A DNA stretch of 64,000 bases from Bugula neritina (Eukaryota > Animalia > Bryozoa), in the NCBI GenBank assembly GCA_964035545.1, contig OZ037770.1, positions 3,690,662 to 3,754,661 of the forward strand. The letters run 5' to 3'. The translations under genes were made by a program, and so were the position numbers. Below, in pieces: positions 38,501 through 54,060 of this stretch; within the stretch, counting starts at the first letter, position 1; each line of letters opens with the position of its first letter. Below the pieces are notes generated by a model. It made no database searches. It had not been told where the DNA came from and saw only the letters and a program-made list of their open reading frames with translations.

Positions 38501-38949
38501 TGTAAATAATCATTATTATAACTCGAAGTTCACTTCATGGGCAAATGGCGCATGTTCTTTAGGAGTTGTCTATTCGATACATGAAAAGTTTCGAAAAGTA
38601 AAGTGTTGTGATAAAAGTGAAAACGAAAATAGCTTTTCAAAAAACTTTTTGTCATTAAAAAATGACTATAATATAAGCTCTATTAGTATTTGATTTGTCA
38701 CAAAAAGGCCCAAATATTTTGTCAACCTATTCTCTTAAAAACTTGAATCATAGTATAGAAATATTTTATTTCGGGTTTTAAATATATTAATTGCAGGCAT
38801 CCGCTACGCATAATAATACATCAGGACCCAATTTGAAAAATTGAAAATCCTTCTCATTCATGTAATTTGTACCAGTTTTTCGCAAATAAATTAAATGAAG
38901 AGATGTTCTTGCCAATCATTAAAACTTAAATCAGGTGAGTGTTTATGGC

Positions 38950-40100
38950 ATTCTAACTATTAGTGACTCTGGTTTATGACTATTTAGTATAACTATATAA
39001 TTATATTCAATAATTCATACTTATTAACTACCAGTAACTTATACTTATAGTAATAGTTATAACAATAAATATAATATTAATAATATTAATAATAATACTA
39101 TTACTATTAGTATTACTATTAGTATTACTATTAGTATTAAGTAATTAACTACAATAATAAGTTATAGTAGAGGTATTAGTATTACTTTAGTGTTATTCAT
39201 ATTCATATTGTAATTGTTATTACTGCTACTACTAGTACTACTACTAATACTGTAATACTAATAGTAATAGTAATTATACTAGTAGTCGTACCAGTATAAA
39301 ATATAGTAACACTTATACTAATAGTAATAGTACAGGTAGTACCAATACTAATAGTAATAGTAATAGTGATCAGTGATCACTAATAGTAATACTAATTATC
39401 TAATACTAGTAATAGTAGTAATACTATTACATAATCATAATGATAATCAAGTTCAAATTTTTAATAGTAATAGTATTACTATTACTATTAATATCAACAA
39501 GTTTCAACTTGATTATTATTACGATTATGTATTACTATTACTATCAGTATTGGTAATCACTGTTAACAGTAGACGTAGTAGTACTTTTACTAGGTTTAGT
39601 ATTACTATTAGTACCACTGCTAGCAGTAGTACTAGTACTAAGTGGTTAATGTTAGTGATACTGCTATTTTGACTTTCTATTACTATTAGTATTCGACTTG
39701 CACTCACAGTTATTATATCTGTTACTCTTCAATTGCCTAAGTATTGTCATTACCAATCCTTTAAGCTATTGGTATTTTTATTATTATTAGTATTGATTTT
39801 AGATTTAGTTACATAATTATTACTTAGAGTTCGTGCCACAAAATTAAATATCACAATAATCTATATATTACTACACCACAACTCCTAGTAACACTAACAG
39901 TATTTACATTTACTTAATGCTTGTAGTTGCACTGCTACCAGTCTTTGTAGGCTACTAGATATTAATTCTTGCTGTTGCTATTATTCTAAGTTAGCAAATT
40001 GGTAGCACTAGCGGTACAAGTATTACTTGTGTGTAGTATAACATGTATTTGCAATAAAATTAGAATAATTTAATTGCAATAATAATCATATTAACATTCT
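38950..40100. repeat. Low-complexity TAGTAA/TACTAT region
   Basis: Degenerate hexamer repeats; boundaries approximate. Confidence 0.7.
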
Positions 40101-40750
40101 ATAATCACTCAATTATAGAAGTTGAATGAAATTATAAATGATTCAATTTAATATAAAGATAGGCTGAGATCTTTTGCAAATTATATAGGCTCTCTGATTT
40201 TTGTAAAGATACGATGTTTATTTTAGGTGTTGTGGCAGGTACGAAGCATAACAGACAAAGATAGTTTCAAGAATTTTGCTGAAATAACTGATGCAAATGT
40301 GAAAAAATGAAAAAAAAATTCTTCGTTTGTATGAATTGCGATTGTAATTTTCAAGTTGTTAACATATACTATCAATTGTTATAATATGATGTTGTGCAAA
40401 ATAAAGTATATTCTGCTAATAAAAGTATATCTTGATATATTTATGCAACCTATGTACTTCTAAATAGTTTATATAGTATAGCATCAATAAAATGTGTATA
40501 CAGACAACACCACGCTATAAACTGAGTTTGAGACTTTGAGTCATCTTTCTGTTCTGTGCATAACCTTGTAGCTGTTACATAATCATGTTAACAGTCTAAT
40601 GCTTTTGCTCATGTAATATTATGCTACATTATATACTATAATATACAGATATTATACTGAAATCACTAGATTGTAGCATCACATACTGATGATGGTGCCT
40701 CAAACTGTTGGACAGACTTGCACCTGATTTCAATTATATGCAATTTTTCA

Positions 40751-41057
40751 AATATAATTTATAAGTTGACAACTACATGATAGTAATATTATACTGAATA
40801 CTGCAAGCCGCACGAATAGAACATTGATAGAGAATGAACAGCTTTCTGCACTTTTAATTTGGAGTTGTCTCACTATTTCTTTCTTTCTGGAGATGATAGG
40901 TATATATACCACCATCTCCAGAAAGAAAGAAATAGTGAGACAACTCCAAATTAAAAGTGCAGAAAGCTGTTCATTCTCTATCAATGTTCTATTCAGTCGA
41001 CTTGCAGTATTTTGTAAATTATTATAATGTAGTTGCCAACTTATAACATTATATATT
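40751..41057. repeat. Long palindrome with perfect 82-bp inner arms
   Basis: 40814-40895 is the exact reverse complement of 40913-40994; the outer arms are imperfect. Confidence 0.93.
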
Positions 41058-43856
41058 TATGTATAGAAAGAAAGCAGTTTATGCTGCAGCAGACTTATGC
41101 AATTTCTATTTGTTGTACTTCTATTATTTTAATTATAAGTATATAATTAAAACTAATTTAGTTAATATTAGAAAAGTGATGTTTGTGTCAGTTCAACTCC
41201 AAATGAGTTACTTTACGCCAATGTGGCTTATGATATAAATTCTGCGTATTTGTCAGACTTGGCTTTACATATTATCTGTGTATATATATATAATCTAGCT
41301 GCTTATACACTAGATGTTCCCAGCTTTTGTCGGTTGTGTTATTGCTAATTGTTGTGCAAACTACAGCAGTGCTTCTGATTCATGTATTAATCTCAATCTT
41401 GGATACAAAACTGCAAGTATAAACCTCTTTTTAATAATGTAAATTCTTATTGAGTGTGGTATCTTTTTCCTCAATTAGGCTGGTGTGAACAACCAACGCA
41501 ATTTTACTGTTAAACGCTTAGCATACAGGATGTGTCATTAATTTATGTTGCTAAAATAAAACAATTTAATATTTCAGTCCTATAATAATTTATATTATAG
41601 TCTGTTGCATGGATAGCATGCAGCTATAGTATATATAGTTCTGTATACTATAAGTGTTTGTATCTCTTTACTGTCAACTTAATATTTATTTCCTTAAGCC
41701 ACCAAACCTCAATATTCATAAATTATTGTTTTTTATCCTGATTTCTATTTTTTTCTAATATGTTATTAAAAATCTTATAAAAGCTGTCAACAAAGTGTAC
41801 CGTGAAAGATATAACTATATATAAAAACAATTTGTAATTGTAAAAAGTTCATATATTGATCGACTGCATGATGCTTTTTCATAGTGTCTATGCATGCAGT
41901 ACAAATAGAAAAGTAGCAGGTAAAATATTATATTAGAGCACACCTTAGACATGGCAAAAATTGTTTTTTACACAAAGTTAATCAATACAGCAACCTTGCC
42001 AGAAAATGCCTCTTAAACGTAAAGGTGCAATCTGTTTTTCTGAGCATCACCAATATTTGCCTATACACATAATTATGTATTACATTTCACTATTGTAAGA
42101 AGAAATAACCTGTTATAGCAGCTATACATGCCTACAATTTTTGTCACTTACAGTATGTGGGTAACTAGTCAATATTCCGAAAACCCATTAGTCCGAAAGT
42201 GTTTGTTTATTAAAATATAAAACTGTTGTTGCTTTTGTTTTGTAGGCCTATATGCATGTATTGTATTGTAATTAGTTGAAAAAGACGTTTAATGTTCTTA
42301 ATTGAACTTAATTTTTTGCTAGTGCTTTATTTATATTTTCAAGCTTTTTGTTTTTTGCATTACTGTTCAGAATAAATTATATAACTCAGCATTAAATATT
42401 CAGCATAATTTCCAAATTGCATACGGCCCAGTATATATTATAATATATGCACGCAAAGATGGCTAATGATGGCAAAGAAAGTTTTATTTATAAATTCCTA
42501 TTCTTAGTAAAGTATGATTATGAAAAACAGTGCAATATAAGTACCAATAATTTTAAAATCTATTTTACTTCTACTGTAACAATATAGTATGGTGTAATTT
42601 GCACAGCAACTTGTTCCAGTCAGGGTGTACTAGAAAAATATTTTCGGACTATAATGATCCATCCTCTAGCACGCGTGGTAATTGAAAAGCTTATTAAATT
42701 TTAGTTTGGAGTGTAGGTAAAGAATAAATTGCAAGAATGTAACTTAATTTGCTATATCAGATCCCAGGTTTTCTTGATTATTGCACCAGCTCTCAATATA
42801 TTTTACTTATTAAATCCTAAGGTTTAGCCCAGTGCTCAGTATCCAATTGGCATGCATGCATTCATGCTGTCCACCTGTTAAAGAATATTTTAAAAGTAAA
42901 ATAAAGTCTACAGCTATAGTCATATTTATGCTCTCATTGTTTATACATACCGATGTGTAGAATTTGAATAAAAATTTGGCAAAAAAACTACGCTAAGGCA
43001 ATCAATCCTGTGGTTACGGTGCCACTGATAATCCTGTTAACCACTAGGCCACTCTAACGCACACTGATGAGGGTATGCACAACGTGAGTAACTATCATGA
43101 CTTAAACTTATACAGCTAGGGATGGGAACTGGTTATATTAGTTCAGCAGTATGTTTACCAGCTGTGCATAGCAATCTTGTTTCAATTTTTTTACTATAGC
43201 CTATATGACTCTGTGGTTGATGGCCATATGGCTACTGATGCTAATGGTTTTGAATAAACCCAAAAGTTAAAAATAAGTAGATTGCACATTACTATAAGGC
43301 ACAACCTGGCACCTGAGGAGAAGCATTGCAGCTATTCATATAATATTATACTGATGCATAAGAGGTAATTTATCATAATATAGTTCAACATTCCTTCTTT
43401 TAAGAAAAAATACAGCCTTTATTTTAGGTTTACCCAGCAAACCATGAAATGATCTAAATTAATATTAAAAGTGCATTTTGAAAACTCAGGTTAATTGCGC
43501 TTATTCATAAATTAATAATAGATATTAATATGTAAAAATATAATGCATATCATGTATAATATCATTATATTATTATATAATACTATATTATATTACCACT
43601 ATATTTGCGTTATATTTTAAGTTGTGCTTCACATCTTGATTTTCTTAATGTAAAAATTTAAATTCAATATGTGCCTGAGGAGTGCCAAAGAATTGCAAAA
43701 TCAATAGTAGCACAGGCTCAGTATAGTTCGGAGCAAAGTGAACAAAAGTTCTGTGCAATAAAATTTGATTTAAAACTTTTTATTACTATAAGCTCCATGT
43801 GCATTATATATACACAATCATAGGATAAAATGTAAAGATGTAATAGTGTAAGAATG

Positions 43857-43961
<105 letters not shown>

Positions 43962-46849
43962 CAGGATATAATATGAAAATGTCTATGAAAGCTATAAAAT
44001 AAAAATTATAAAGCCGAAGGATTGAAATTATTTATAAATAGATAAAATGAAAGTAAAATAGTTGAAGGATTGAACTATTAAGCCACATTTTCTAAAAGGG
44101 GTTTTCTATAAGCTTGTCTGCATGTTGTTACAGCTTCACGGTGTTTTTAAAAAAGATTAAAAGGTATATTAGAGGAAGTAAGTTCCTCTTTATATTGTTT
44201 GTTGCTGTGACATTCAATCTGTTTGAGCTATCAGTGATGGAATTCATATGAAGTCTTAATTGTTATAAAAATAACGTTGTGACTTGTTATACAGTTTGGC
44301 AATATTTACCAAAATATTGCTTGATTCATAATAGTTTTTACATTGCAATTTATAGCATCAGTTGAGACTTGCACTTTAACAAAATACCAAGAAAACCAAA
44401 CTTATGGCTGTACTACAGTGAAAAGTGGTTGGTTATACTAGTTCTATATAGTGGCTACACTAACCATGGTCCTAGCAGTTGACCTACCATGGTATTGCCA
44501 GGTGTAGAACAAATCCTGGTGTATGCAAGCTATTTACATAGCTAGCTAAAATTATTACTGATGAGTTTACGAAATTGTTGGTTTACATAATGCAGTTTGT
44601 AATGTGCATGACAATGCACCATGCAATTACGTAATCTGTTTTGTAAATATTACTATAGTTGTGTTGTTTTCTTTTGTTTTCTAAATCCCCTTTATCTTTG
44701 TGGTTTGTATATAATATTGTCAGTCTTGGAAATGTATTTGCAGTTCACAACAGGGCGCTAAATATTATATGGAAAGAAATGGTTAATGACACAGAAGTTG
44801 ACAAGTTAACTATACAAGTAGTTCAGGAATGCATTAACAGAATGCATTTACAGAACGTGTTACTGTGACAAAAAGGCCAGCAGCCAGCTAAACCTGTAAT
44901 GCATAACTTTGTGACGTTATGATATGTTTGAAGTTGCTCTGAAGTACTTTATGCCATGGCAGAGACACACTACTCTCCACTTGCAGTAGCAATTAGTTTA
45001 CTATTCTAATCACCAGCCTGTTGAATTTCTATAAGGGCCAAACTGGTGTGCCAAACATCATGCTTGTTGTGTTGTATAGATAAGTACTGCAATGAATTAC
45101 TACCAACTTTCTTACTGTCACTACACTTTATTATCTGAAATCTCGAAGCTAACTGACCCACTTGATAAACAAACAGTATGTCCCAACAGTTACATAGCAC
45201 TTTTAAAACCACAACATAATTACTTTGACAGCATAATTTCATCCCTATAACATTCCACAATATAAGGCTACTAGCAGGTATAAGTCGTGGGATAATATTA
45301 TAAGCATAGCTTTAGTAAACAGATACAAACATTACAATGCTATTCTTTCAAAACATAACCGCTGCTTTGCACATCAGTTTTAGCAGACAAAGAATGTATA
45401 CTAAATACTACACTGTAGCAGCAAAGTTACAGGAAGTCTATTGAAGTAGAAAGTTTATTCTTAGATTACTATTGAGCTGTGCAACTGTACAGAGAACTAA
45501 GCACACAAAGTTTAAATATTTGGCACCTGAGCCACAATCCAAAAAATAATAAAAGTATAGCACGTGTGCATAGTTAATACCAGTAATAGTTCTTATTGGT
45601 TGTTTGCCTTTGGCAGTAGGTAAGCCTTGCAGTTGTTTTAAATAGAGTACTTTCATAATGGAGAAATAACTTGAAACATGTAGCAAAAAACTTGTTATTG
45701 AACAGGGCCTGTGCAACTACTCTGCTAACTATTTAGTTGGTAGTTATTTAGGTCAAAATTGACCATGGTTGACATTGATTTCCTCATTACTGGCTTCTAT
45801 GACTGAGCATTATGGGACTTATTTGCAATTGCAGCTTGCAATAACTTATCTATTGTGGTTTCTGTTTATGTAACTTTTAAATTCTTATTATGCGATGAGA
45901 CATTCATTGTACAATGCAATGATAATGATGGGAGCTAAGTGTGTAAGCTGCTGCTTGCGAAAATAATTTGAAGTTTTTTAAATGAATCATTATGTGTACA
46001 AAAAGGCAAAACCTAATGTCGTTATTGTTGGAGAGAAGATGTGGTTAACTGTCTAAAAATACTAGCTAGCATTGGATAAAAGATAATAAATGTAGCTTTT
46101 TGGTCTTTGAGACCTATTATATTATACATTACAGATAATTTGTCATGCAATGTTCATAGATTTAGAAATGTATCAGGTTAGTATTATTTCCTCACCACTC
46201 AAGTGAAAAATTCATTAATACTCCTATATAGCTAGAATTTTGTGCTGTGTAACTAATTACTAAGGTGTAAGTTTGAGAAACCAATGGTAGAATATAGTCC
46301 TTGTGGTTATGGGAGAGAGATGAGGTATTTGTTTGTCAACCAATATAATATATATATATATTGCAGGCTTGCTTATTACAGAGCGCAATACAATAAAAAT
46401 TATAAAAATAAAGAATGATAGTATGACAACATAACCATATATAAGTATCATATCAATCAGAGTGCAACTGTCACTGCAAATCATCTCTATTACATAGCAG
46501 AATGTTCTTTTCTTATGCAAGTGTTCTTGTAAAAGTGCAACTGCACTTAAACTCAAATGGCCACTTTCTTCTAGATCTGTAAAACAAAAATATGTTTTAA
46601 CAGTCAAAGTAAATAAGTTGAAGTGAGGGCTTCATTAAAGTGACACATAACAATGGAGTACCTGAACCAGAGGTAGAGAAAAGCATAAGGTAAGTGGAGA
46701 GATTTTGCTTGGTTGTTGCAATGCAAGAAGGCTCCAACAAAATTGAAAATGCTGATATGAAAATGTGCATCTGACCGGCAATATTTTATGGCAGTAAATT
46801 ATGGCCGCTGACAGCACCTAGCTCCTAGTACCTAGAGGATCAATGAAGA

Positions 46850-47050
46850 TGAGTTGCGATAAATCTATGGACAAAAGGAATGAGGAGATCTGAGACAGGG
46901 CAGCAGTAAAAGCATTAACCATGTGGGGAAAAGAAGGCTGAAATGGTGTGGGCACCTATGTAGCAGAGAACAATAAAACAAGAAGGGATCAGCTACATCA
47001 GTGTGAAACTGGAGAGAAAGGGAGCAAGACCAAAACATTTAAGCATGGGG
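46850..47050 (+). mobile_element. Short decayed RTE-like LINE fragment
   Basis: Remnants RNEEI and RRLKWCGHLCSRE, typical of the RTE C-terminal region. Confidence 0.5.
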
Positions 47051-49329
47051 GTTAAAAATTAAAAGAAATCATCGATTGAGTTGGAAATGAACAAACCCTG
47101 TCACCTAAACGAATGCAGTGAAGAATAGGGGGATGGTACAATTAAGTAAAACAAGAAGTATGAGAGTGACACCACTTGTGAAGCTGAAGTAATATTTAAT
47201 TTAATTAATTTGTAAAATATATCAATACAAACTTTAATGACAGTCTCATAGGCTGGCAGTGAGATGAGATGATATGTACTTAGCAGCAATGAGTAAAATC
47301 TGACTGAAAACCAAAGCAGACAGTGAGGTAAACATTTGATTTATAGCAGAATACATTCAAAATTGAAACTACCTCAAAATAAACTCTAGTCCTCGTCAGA
47401 TGAGTCAAAATAGATTGGCTGTAAGTAGTCATCATCCATAATTTCATCTGATTATACTGCAAAACAAAATGAAGAATTTTGTTAATCACATGTACGAGTT
47501 TGAAATAAATTATGGTTACAAAAATTAACATAACAAATTGTCCCGCATTTAGTGCATTTTAAAGCCTTTAATCATAAACCACAATGGCATGCAGTGTAAA
47601 TGTTGCAGCTGTGGCCTGGTGAATACGGATATTTTCCAACTGTAGCCCTTTTTTCTATATAAAAAAAAAACAATTTCGAACCTAAAAGGCTCAAAGTCAA
47701 AAATAGTTAATTTTAGAAGTTTGATTCTATAGTTTAAATCAACATTTCCATAGGGGTAGTTGGAGTCTAAACATTCACTAGATTAACATAGTAAAAAATT
47801 GGAAACATACATTATTTTCAACGTTATACGTTACCTAAAACTAAAATATATTCAATACTAAAACATCTATTAAAGCGTAGTAACTGACATGTCAAAATGT
47901 GTGCCTTAGCGAACATCACACTCAAAAAGTAATCGTGAGAGGAAACAAGCTTTGTTTCCATTTTAGACGTCAGGGGAAGTACTGTCACACTATGTTGGTG
48001 GCAATAGATTATGCACTAAGAAATTATTTTTTAAAACTTCTCAGAAATATAATTAAACGTTGAAGATTCTGCAGGCAAAAAATTTCGAATACCGAATATG
48101 TTTTTAGAAGCAGAGGACAAATTACATTTGCAACTAATTTCAAGCAAAAATAGTCGCTAAACAAACTTTAAATGCATTCTATGAATAAAAGTCAGCAATG
48201 CCTTAATTTACTCACTTGCATTATATAGGGATAGGCACATATCTCCCCCTCTCCATACCCAATGCCTTACATATAAATGCCTGAAGCTGTCTTTGCAGCT
48301 TTCCATTCAATTCCTCCATAGTGGCCACCAACTAAAATCTTCTGAAAAATTAAATAATAATATCATACTTACAATTCTTATCTGTTCCCTTACATTCAAA
48401 AAAGCAAAAATGAGACACTGTGCTTTCAGCGGTCACTTAACAAATAAATAGTCTAGCTAGACTGAGCATTTAACAGCAGAACAAGCTACACACGCACGCA
48501 CCGAACTGTTTGAACATCCAACTCACAAACAGATGAGAGCTAAGATATTATAAATAATTATTGCATTAGTGTATAAATTGTGTCAGAGAATTTTTAAATA
48601 TTAGGAATAGACACAAATTGATGTAAAATCAAGCAAGCAAACTAAACGTAGTATTTTAATAAATATGTACAATGCACTTACTTCTTTCACGCAGTTTCAA
48701 TCTTTATTTTTCAAGTTTCAACTGCAGCAACATTTCTGATGTTATTTTCTGCCATACTCTTTTCAGTCAATGTCTCAAGTTGTGACAAGCACAGGGAATA
48801 GCTATAGCTTATTTATCATTATTCAGAGTCTATAAGAAATCATTCCAAACAGATAAATTTTAAGTTATAGCCAGCAGCTCATATGAACGGAGTTGTCATT
48901 GTGAACATTTTAATAATGATTATGTTATTTATATTCTTATTGAGCTTAACTATCCCCATAAGTACATCTAGTATCACTGCAAAACTCTCTTTTAAAATAA
49001 CTTTAACATAGCATTAACAAAATAATGTAAAATGGCAAAAGTAGTTTAAAAACTACTTCTGATAAGAAATTTAATTAATCTAATATTGCTTTTCTATTTC
49101 GATTGGAACTTATCGCAAGCAAACTTTGTGGTATGGATATAAATGCTGTTAAACAAAAGCCATGATTTTCAATAAATCGGCACCACATTTAAAATCAACA
49201 CGACCCTAGGGCCTAGATGCTACATCAGTACAACAAACAATAAAAATGGTAAATCTTGGGAGCGTTAAAAACTGATATTGGATGGTAAATGTGAACGAAA
49301 AATCAAGAGAAGAATTGAAATTCCGAAAA

Positions 49330-49817
49330 ATGTTTTCCAGAATATTTCTCAAGTATATTGACATTAAGAAAACGAAAATACAAACACAAAAGATAATATT
49401 ACTTCCATGCTTTGTGTGCAGTCAACACTACTATATAAATGTAAAAGATAGTCACCACTTAAATCAACAATTAAAAGATTAGAAGTTTTTGGAATGTGGC
49501 CATATAAAAGAATGGTGAGAGCATCTTGGACAGAATATAAAACTGATGAAGGGATATTAAACATGGCAAATACAAAAAGATTATTAATGAAATATATTTT
49601 AAAACAAAATTGCCGATATTTTCAATATATTCAAAGAACTACACTAGAAGCAGAGATTGAATGAAAGAGATGAAGAGGCCAGCCTAAAGTTATATGGATG
49701 GACAATTTCAAAGACTGGACTAAGATTAGCAACAGATACTGTTTATGAATGGCATGAGAAATATCCAAATAGAGATTCATGACAGTCAATCTGCGACTAG
49801 TGGATGACATATGATGA
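49330..49817 (+). mobile_element. RTE-clade LINE 3' fragment
   Basis: LEVFGMWPYKRMVRASWTEYKTDEGIL and RGQPKVIWMDNFKDWT; ends in a TGATGA-like tail. Confidence 0.7.
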
Positions 49818-50399
49818 ACCAACTCAGTTAGACTCAGAAAAAGTTGAAAACGGGTAGAAATAACGTAATACTAAAAGTCCCACTGCGGCCTCTTGCAATT
49901 TAACAAATGCAAAAAATTCTTCCCCATATAACAAGCAGATATCATTAATTATTAATCAGTAAGACATCTGCTAAGCATAGACTTCCAAGGTTTCATAGTT
50001 GATTGTAAGAACAAGGTTGGTAAAGGTTTTTGAGTATTACAATAAAGATAAAAATCAACCCTTAGTGTTTTAGGGTAAATGAGCAAAAATTCTGCTTAGG
50101 AAACAGCAGCTGGTCTTGAGTCTTAGGAAAGTGGAGCAAAACTTATGACGTTGACGGCTATCATTATTTATGCTATATCAGATGTATATCATACTAATAA
50201 AACTATAACCGTAAATGTAAAAAATATATTTCATATGGGAGAGTACTCACTCAAAATGGCTTATTCATTTGAAATTGCAAATAACACTCATAAGTAACAA
50301 AACATATACCAATATAAGAACAGTCACTATAAGACAATGAGTATCATATAGGCTACCACAAAAACTAAAAGCATCTACACTTGTGATACATTTAGTACT

Positions 50400-53300
50400 A
50401 AAGCACTTGCATACCTACAGTAGCAGTCTGTTGTCAATAATGATTCTCACAGTTCCCAATCCAAAGTACACTTTGCAGTTATTATAATTGACATAATAAT
50501 CAGTAATGATAATTGCAATATTATTATTAATGTAAATCATGATAATATTGAAAATAACTACAACCATGAGTATCTTAATTATGATTCAAAAAAAATTAGA
50601 ATTATTATAAATGTGAGTCTTTGAGGTACCGCTAGTAAATGCTATAGGTATATTTTTTACTTATGTTTATTGTATTAGAAAAATAGTACTACCAGTATCA
50701 GTATTACTATCACATTGAAGTATGAGTATGACCAAAATGAATTACTTATTTACTATACTAAAAATGCGTAATCATACTGTACAACTTTAAATTTTAGCTG
50801 CATACATAGAAACCTAAGTGATAACAATAATGCTATAAGTGTTATTACTATAGTTACTGACTCACTCAGTAGCTGAGTACGGAGTAGTACAAATTTAAAA
50901 ATAGTAACATTTGGTAATACAAATGATACAGTAATACTAATAGTATTAGAAATAGTAAAACTGAAAGTATTAAAAAACTATCTAATTCTATGTGTTTATA
51001 AGAAAACTTACAACATAAAATATGAATATTTAATATAAATAAATGGGTGCAGGTCATTCCGTACACACATGATAGGTCGGTGTCATCCCACATGAACGCT
51101 TTCCAGTTAGTCGCGATTTATTTATATTGGTACAATATATATTTTATGTGCCATTTGTTTGAATATTATTTAAATATATGTATGTACTCAAATAAAGCAG
51201 GCATTGAGCACATAAATAAATCTCGTTGATTTGCATTAACATATTTATTTTACACATTTTTTGCTTCTTGTTTGAACAGATATTTTATTGATGAATATTC
51301 ATTAATTAAAGATAATGTTTATTAATAATATATTACTGCTTTTTGTCCCACACAAATCTATGAAAATTAAAGTATTATTCCAGATAATTCATGTTAGCTA
51401 ATATAGCTATTAGCATTTTAGCTATTTAGCAATCAATACAACAGTTATATAGGTATACATATATTTATATATATAAGTATATTACTAGATAATTATATAG
51501 CACTAAAATAAAAAATAGCTTCTAACTGGGAATCATTCAAGTGGGAAATTTAGCCTATCATCTAACTGCAATGCAACCGATAGGTCGTTTTGCACACATC
51601 AATATAAATTAACCAAAATACATATTTTTAATTTTTTTTATTATCAATTAATGTAGGAGACTACGAGCCATACAGTACTTGTCACAAGTAACTTGAACAT
51701 TTCATAATAGATGATAGATTAATATACACCACTGATCAAAATTAAACCAAAAAATAGTACTAGTAGTGTGTTCAATTAAAACAAAGATTACCTTATTTAT
51801 CATAATCGTTACAGATAAATTAATGTAAAATATTGATCAATAAGTAACATGGGAAGTGTTATAGATACATGCTTAGATGCAATAAATAAGGAAACTAGTA
51901 TCATTCAATTGGTTATCTAACGGATTAATCCATTTTCTATAAATTGCGTACGAAATAGACGGCAGTTTGTGTAAAAAGCAGCATATATTGATAATGGTAA
52001 TAATGATTGGTAACCACGTGCGTTATAATTATATTGATGAATTGACATCCGAAAATATAATAATATTATTATATTGATTATATTATTAGAATTATAACCA
52101 AGAATATTAAGTAGTACTATCAGGCATCAGCATCATTATGATTATCAATATAACTTATAGTTATAATCATAGGGCAAGAACGACAGCCACCTTAACCACA
52201 ACAACCTGACCACAAATCTAATAGTTAGCACAAGGCAGATGAGTAATGCCTACTGATGTATGTCACCCAAACATAAATAGGAAGTTGATGAGGTCAATAG
52301 TTATTTATAGTGGGCAACACACAACTAGTTACAGTAACTCACCTCGTAAAAATTAGAACACTCTGCTAACAGTGATAATCTAAATCATAATGAATTTATG
52401 ATGATGAATTGAAATAAAAAATACAATATCATTATCAATTTCTGTGAATTTGAATATCACCATCACCGTGAACTTGTTTATCATTATCACCATGACTATG
52501 AGTATGACTATGAGTATCAGTATGACTACAAAACTAATTAGTTATTTGTTAATTAGTCTATTAATATAAATATCACTATCAGTATCACTGTGAGTGTGAC
52601 TGTGAGTATCAGTACGATTCAGATTGTGATAGTTATAGTGACACTGACTGTGACAAGCATACAACTGTTTACGTTTCACTTTTGGTATGTAATCTTTCAT
52701 ACTCATACTCATACTGATACTCATACTGATACTCGAAGTCAGTTAATATTCAAATTGACATACTCATAGTAATAGTTTAACTTTAGGTTTAAGCGATATT
52801 CATATTGAGTTATTTATACTCATATTGAATTTGATATTTATATTTTATATAATACAGATATTGATAATGATATGGCATGTGCTAAGCCTAATGCCGAGTA
52901 ATGCATATTCTCATTCTGATATTGAATTTGATATGCATATTGATATTCATATTGGATTTGATGTATTGCAAAAACAATTGTCATGGCTTTCAGCCATCAA
53001 TACGTCGCTTTTAAACTAATAATTATAAAGATTAAATTAAATAAGAATTTCATTAAGATTTCAAGTAAAAAACTTAAATTAAACTAAACTAAATCAAATT
53101 AGTTGGAGTGATGGAGTGAGCGTCCAGATTTTAAGCACTAGGGAATTGCTATAAGCAGCACGAAATAGGTGTCGTTAAATGCTGAGCTGTGCAAATTCCA
53201 GACGCCAACTAACGAACTTTCGACTACTGCACTCAGTGATTATGTATTTTGTGCTGCGTCAAGCGTTGTTCAAATAACAAAAGTGACTTGCTTCGCTGTC

Positions 53301-54060
53301 CCATATTTTGGCCAATAAAGCTCTTCAGTGCAAAGTCAAGGGTCATCATAGGGTCGCAAAGTAGATCGTAGTAAATCGTACTCACCGACAACTGATTATA
53401 AGCAATCTCAAACTCTACCAAATTTAATAGTTGTATATAAATTTCTAATCAACTCTAGGTTTATTCCCTGCAAATCGTCAAACGAAATTAAATTGAAATT
53501 GGAACTGGTTTGAAATTACCAGATCTTGTGCTGTAGTAGTACTAGTGTAATGATTTAAATTATCAAATATGGAAAGATTTAGATTATTCGTTATCGTTAT
53601 CAGTATGAGTATCACTCAATCTCATCACATCACTCATCACCATCACTATGACAATGATAATCATATTGATTCATGATTATGATAATCATAATTATTAGTT
53701 ATTTTTTTAACTTTATAATCGTATGGATAATGATAATTATAATGAGTTTATACTTACAGTTTGGACTCATACTGATAGTGATATTCATGGTCATACTCAT
53801 ACTGATACATTAACTCATAGTATCAGACATCAGTGATACATATACTTATAGTTATAGTATACTCATATACTTACAGTTAGAGTGATAGTGATACTCATAC
53901 TGAATCTGGTACTCATAATCATACTGATAGCAGGGTTAGGGTCAATTATATATGAATGTAATTAATTACAATTACAAGATAATTTGTCAATTACAATTAT
54001 AATTACCGTTGAAATAAATGTGAATAATTATAATTACTGCTGCTGCCTACTATGCTCAGT
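50400..54060. repeat. Low-complexity ATACTC/ATCATA-rich region
   Basis: Degenerate hexamer repeats interspersed with unique islands; boundaries approximate. Confidence 0.6.

Noticed and set aside
40748-41027. Twin ORFs on opposite strands
   Set aside because: Artefact of the palindrome.
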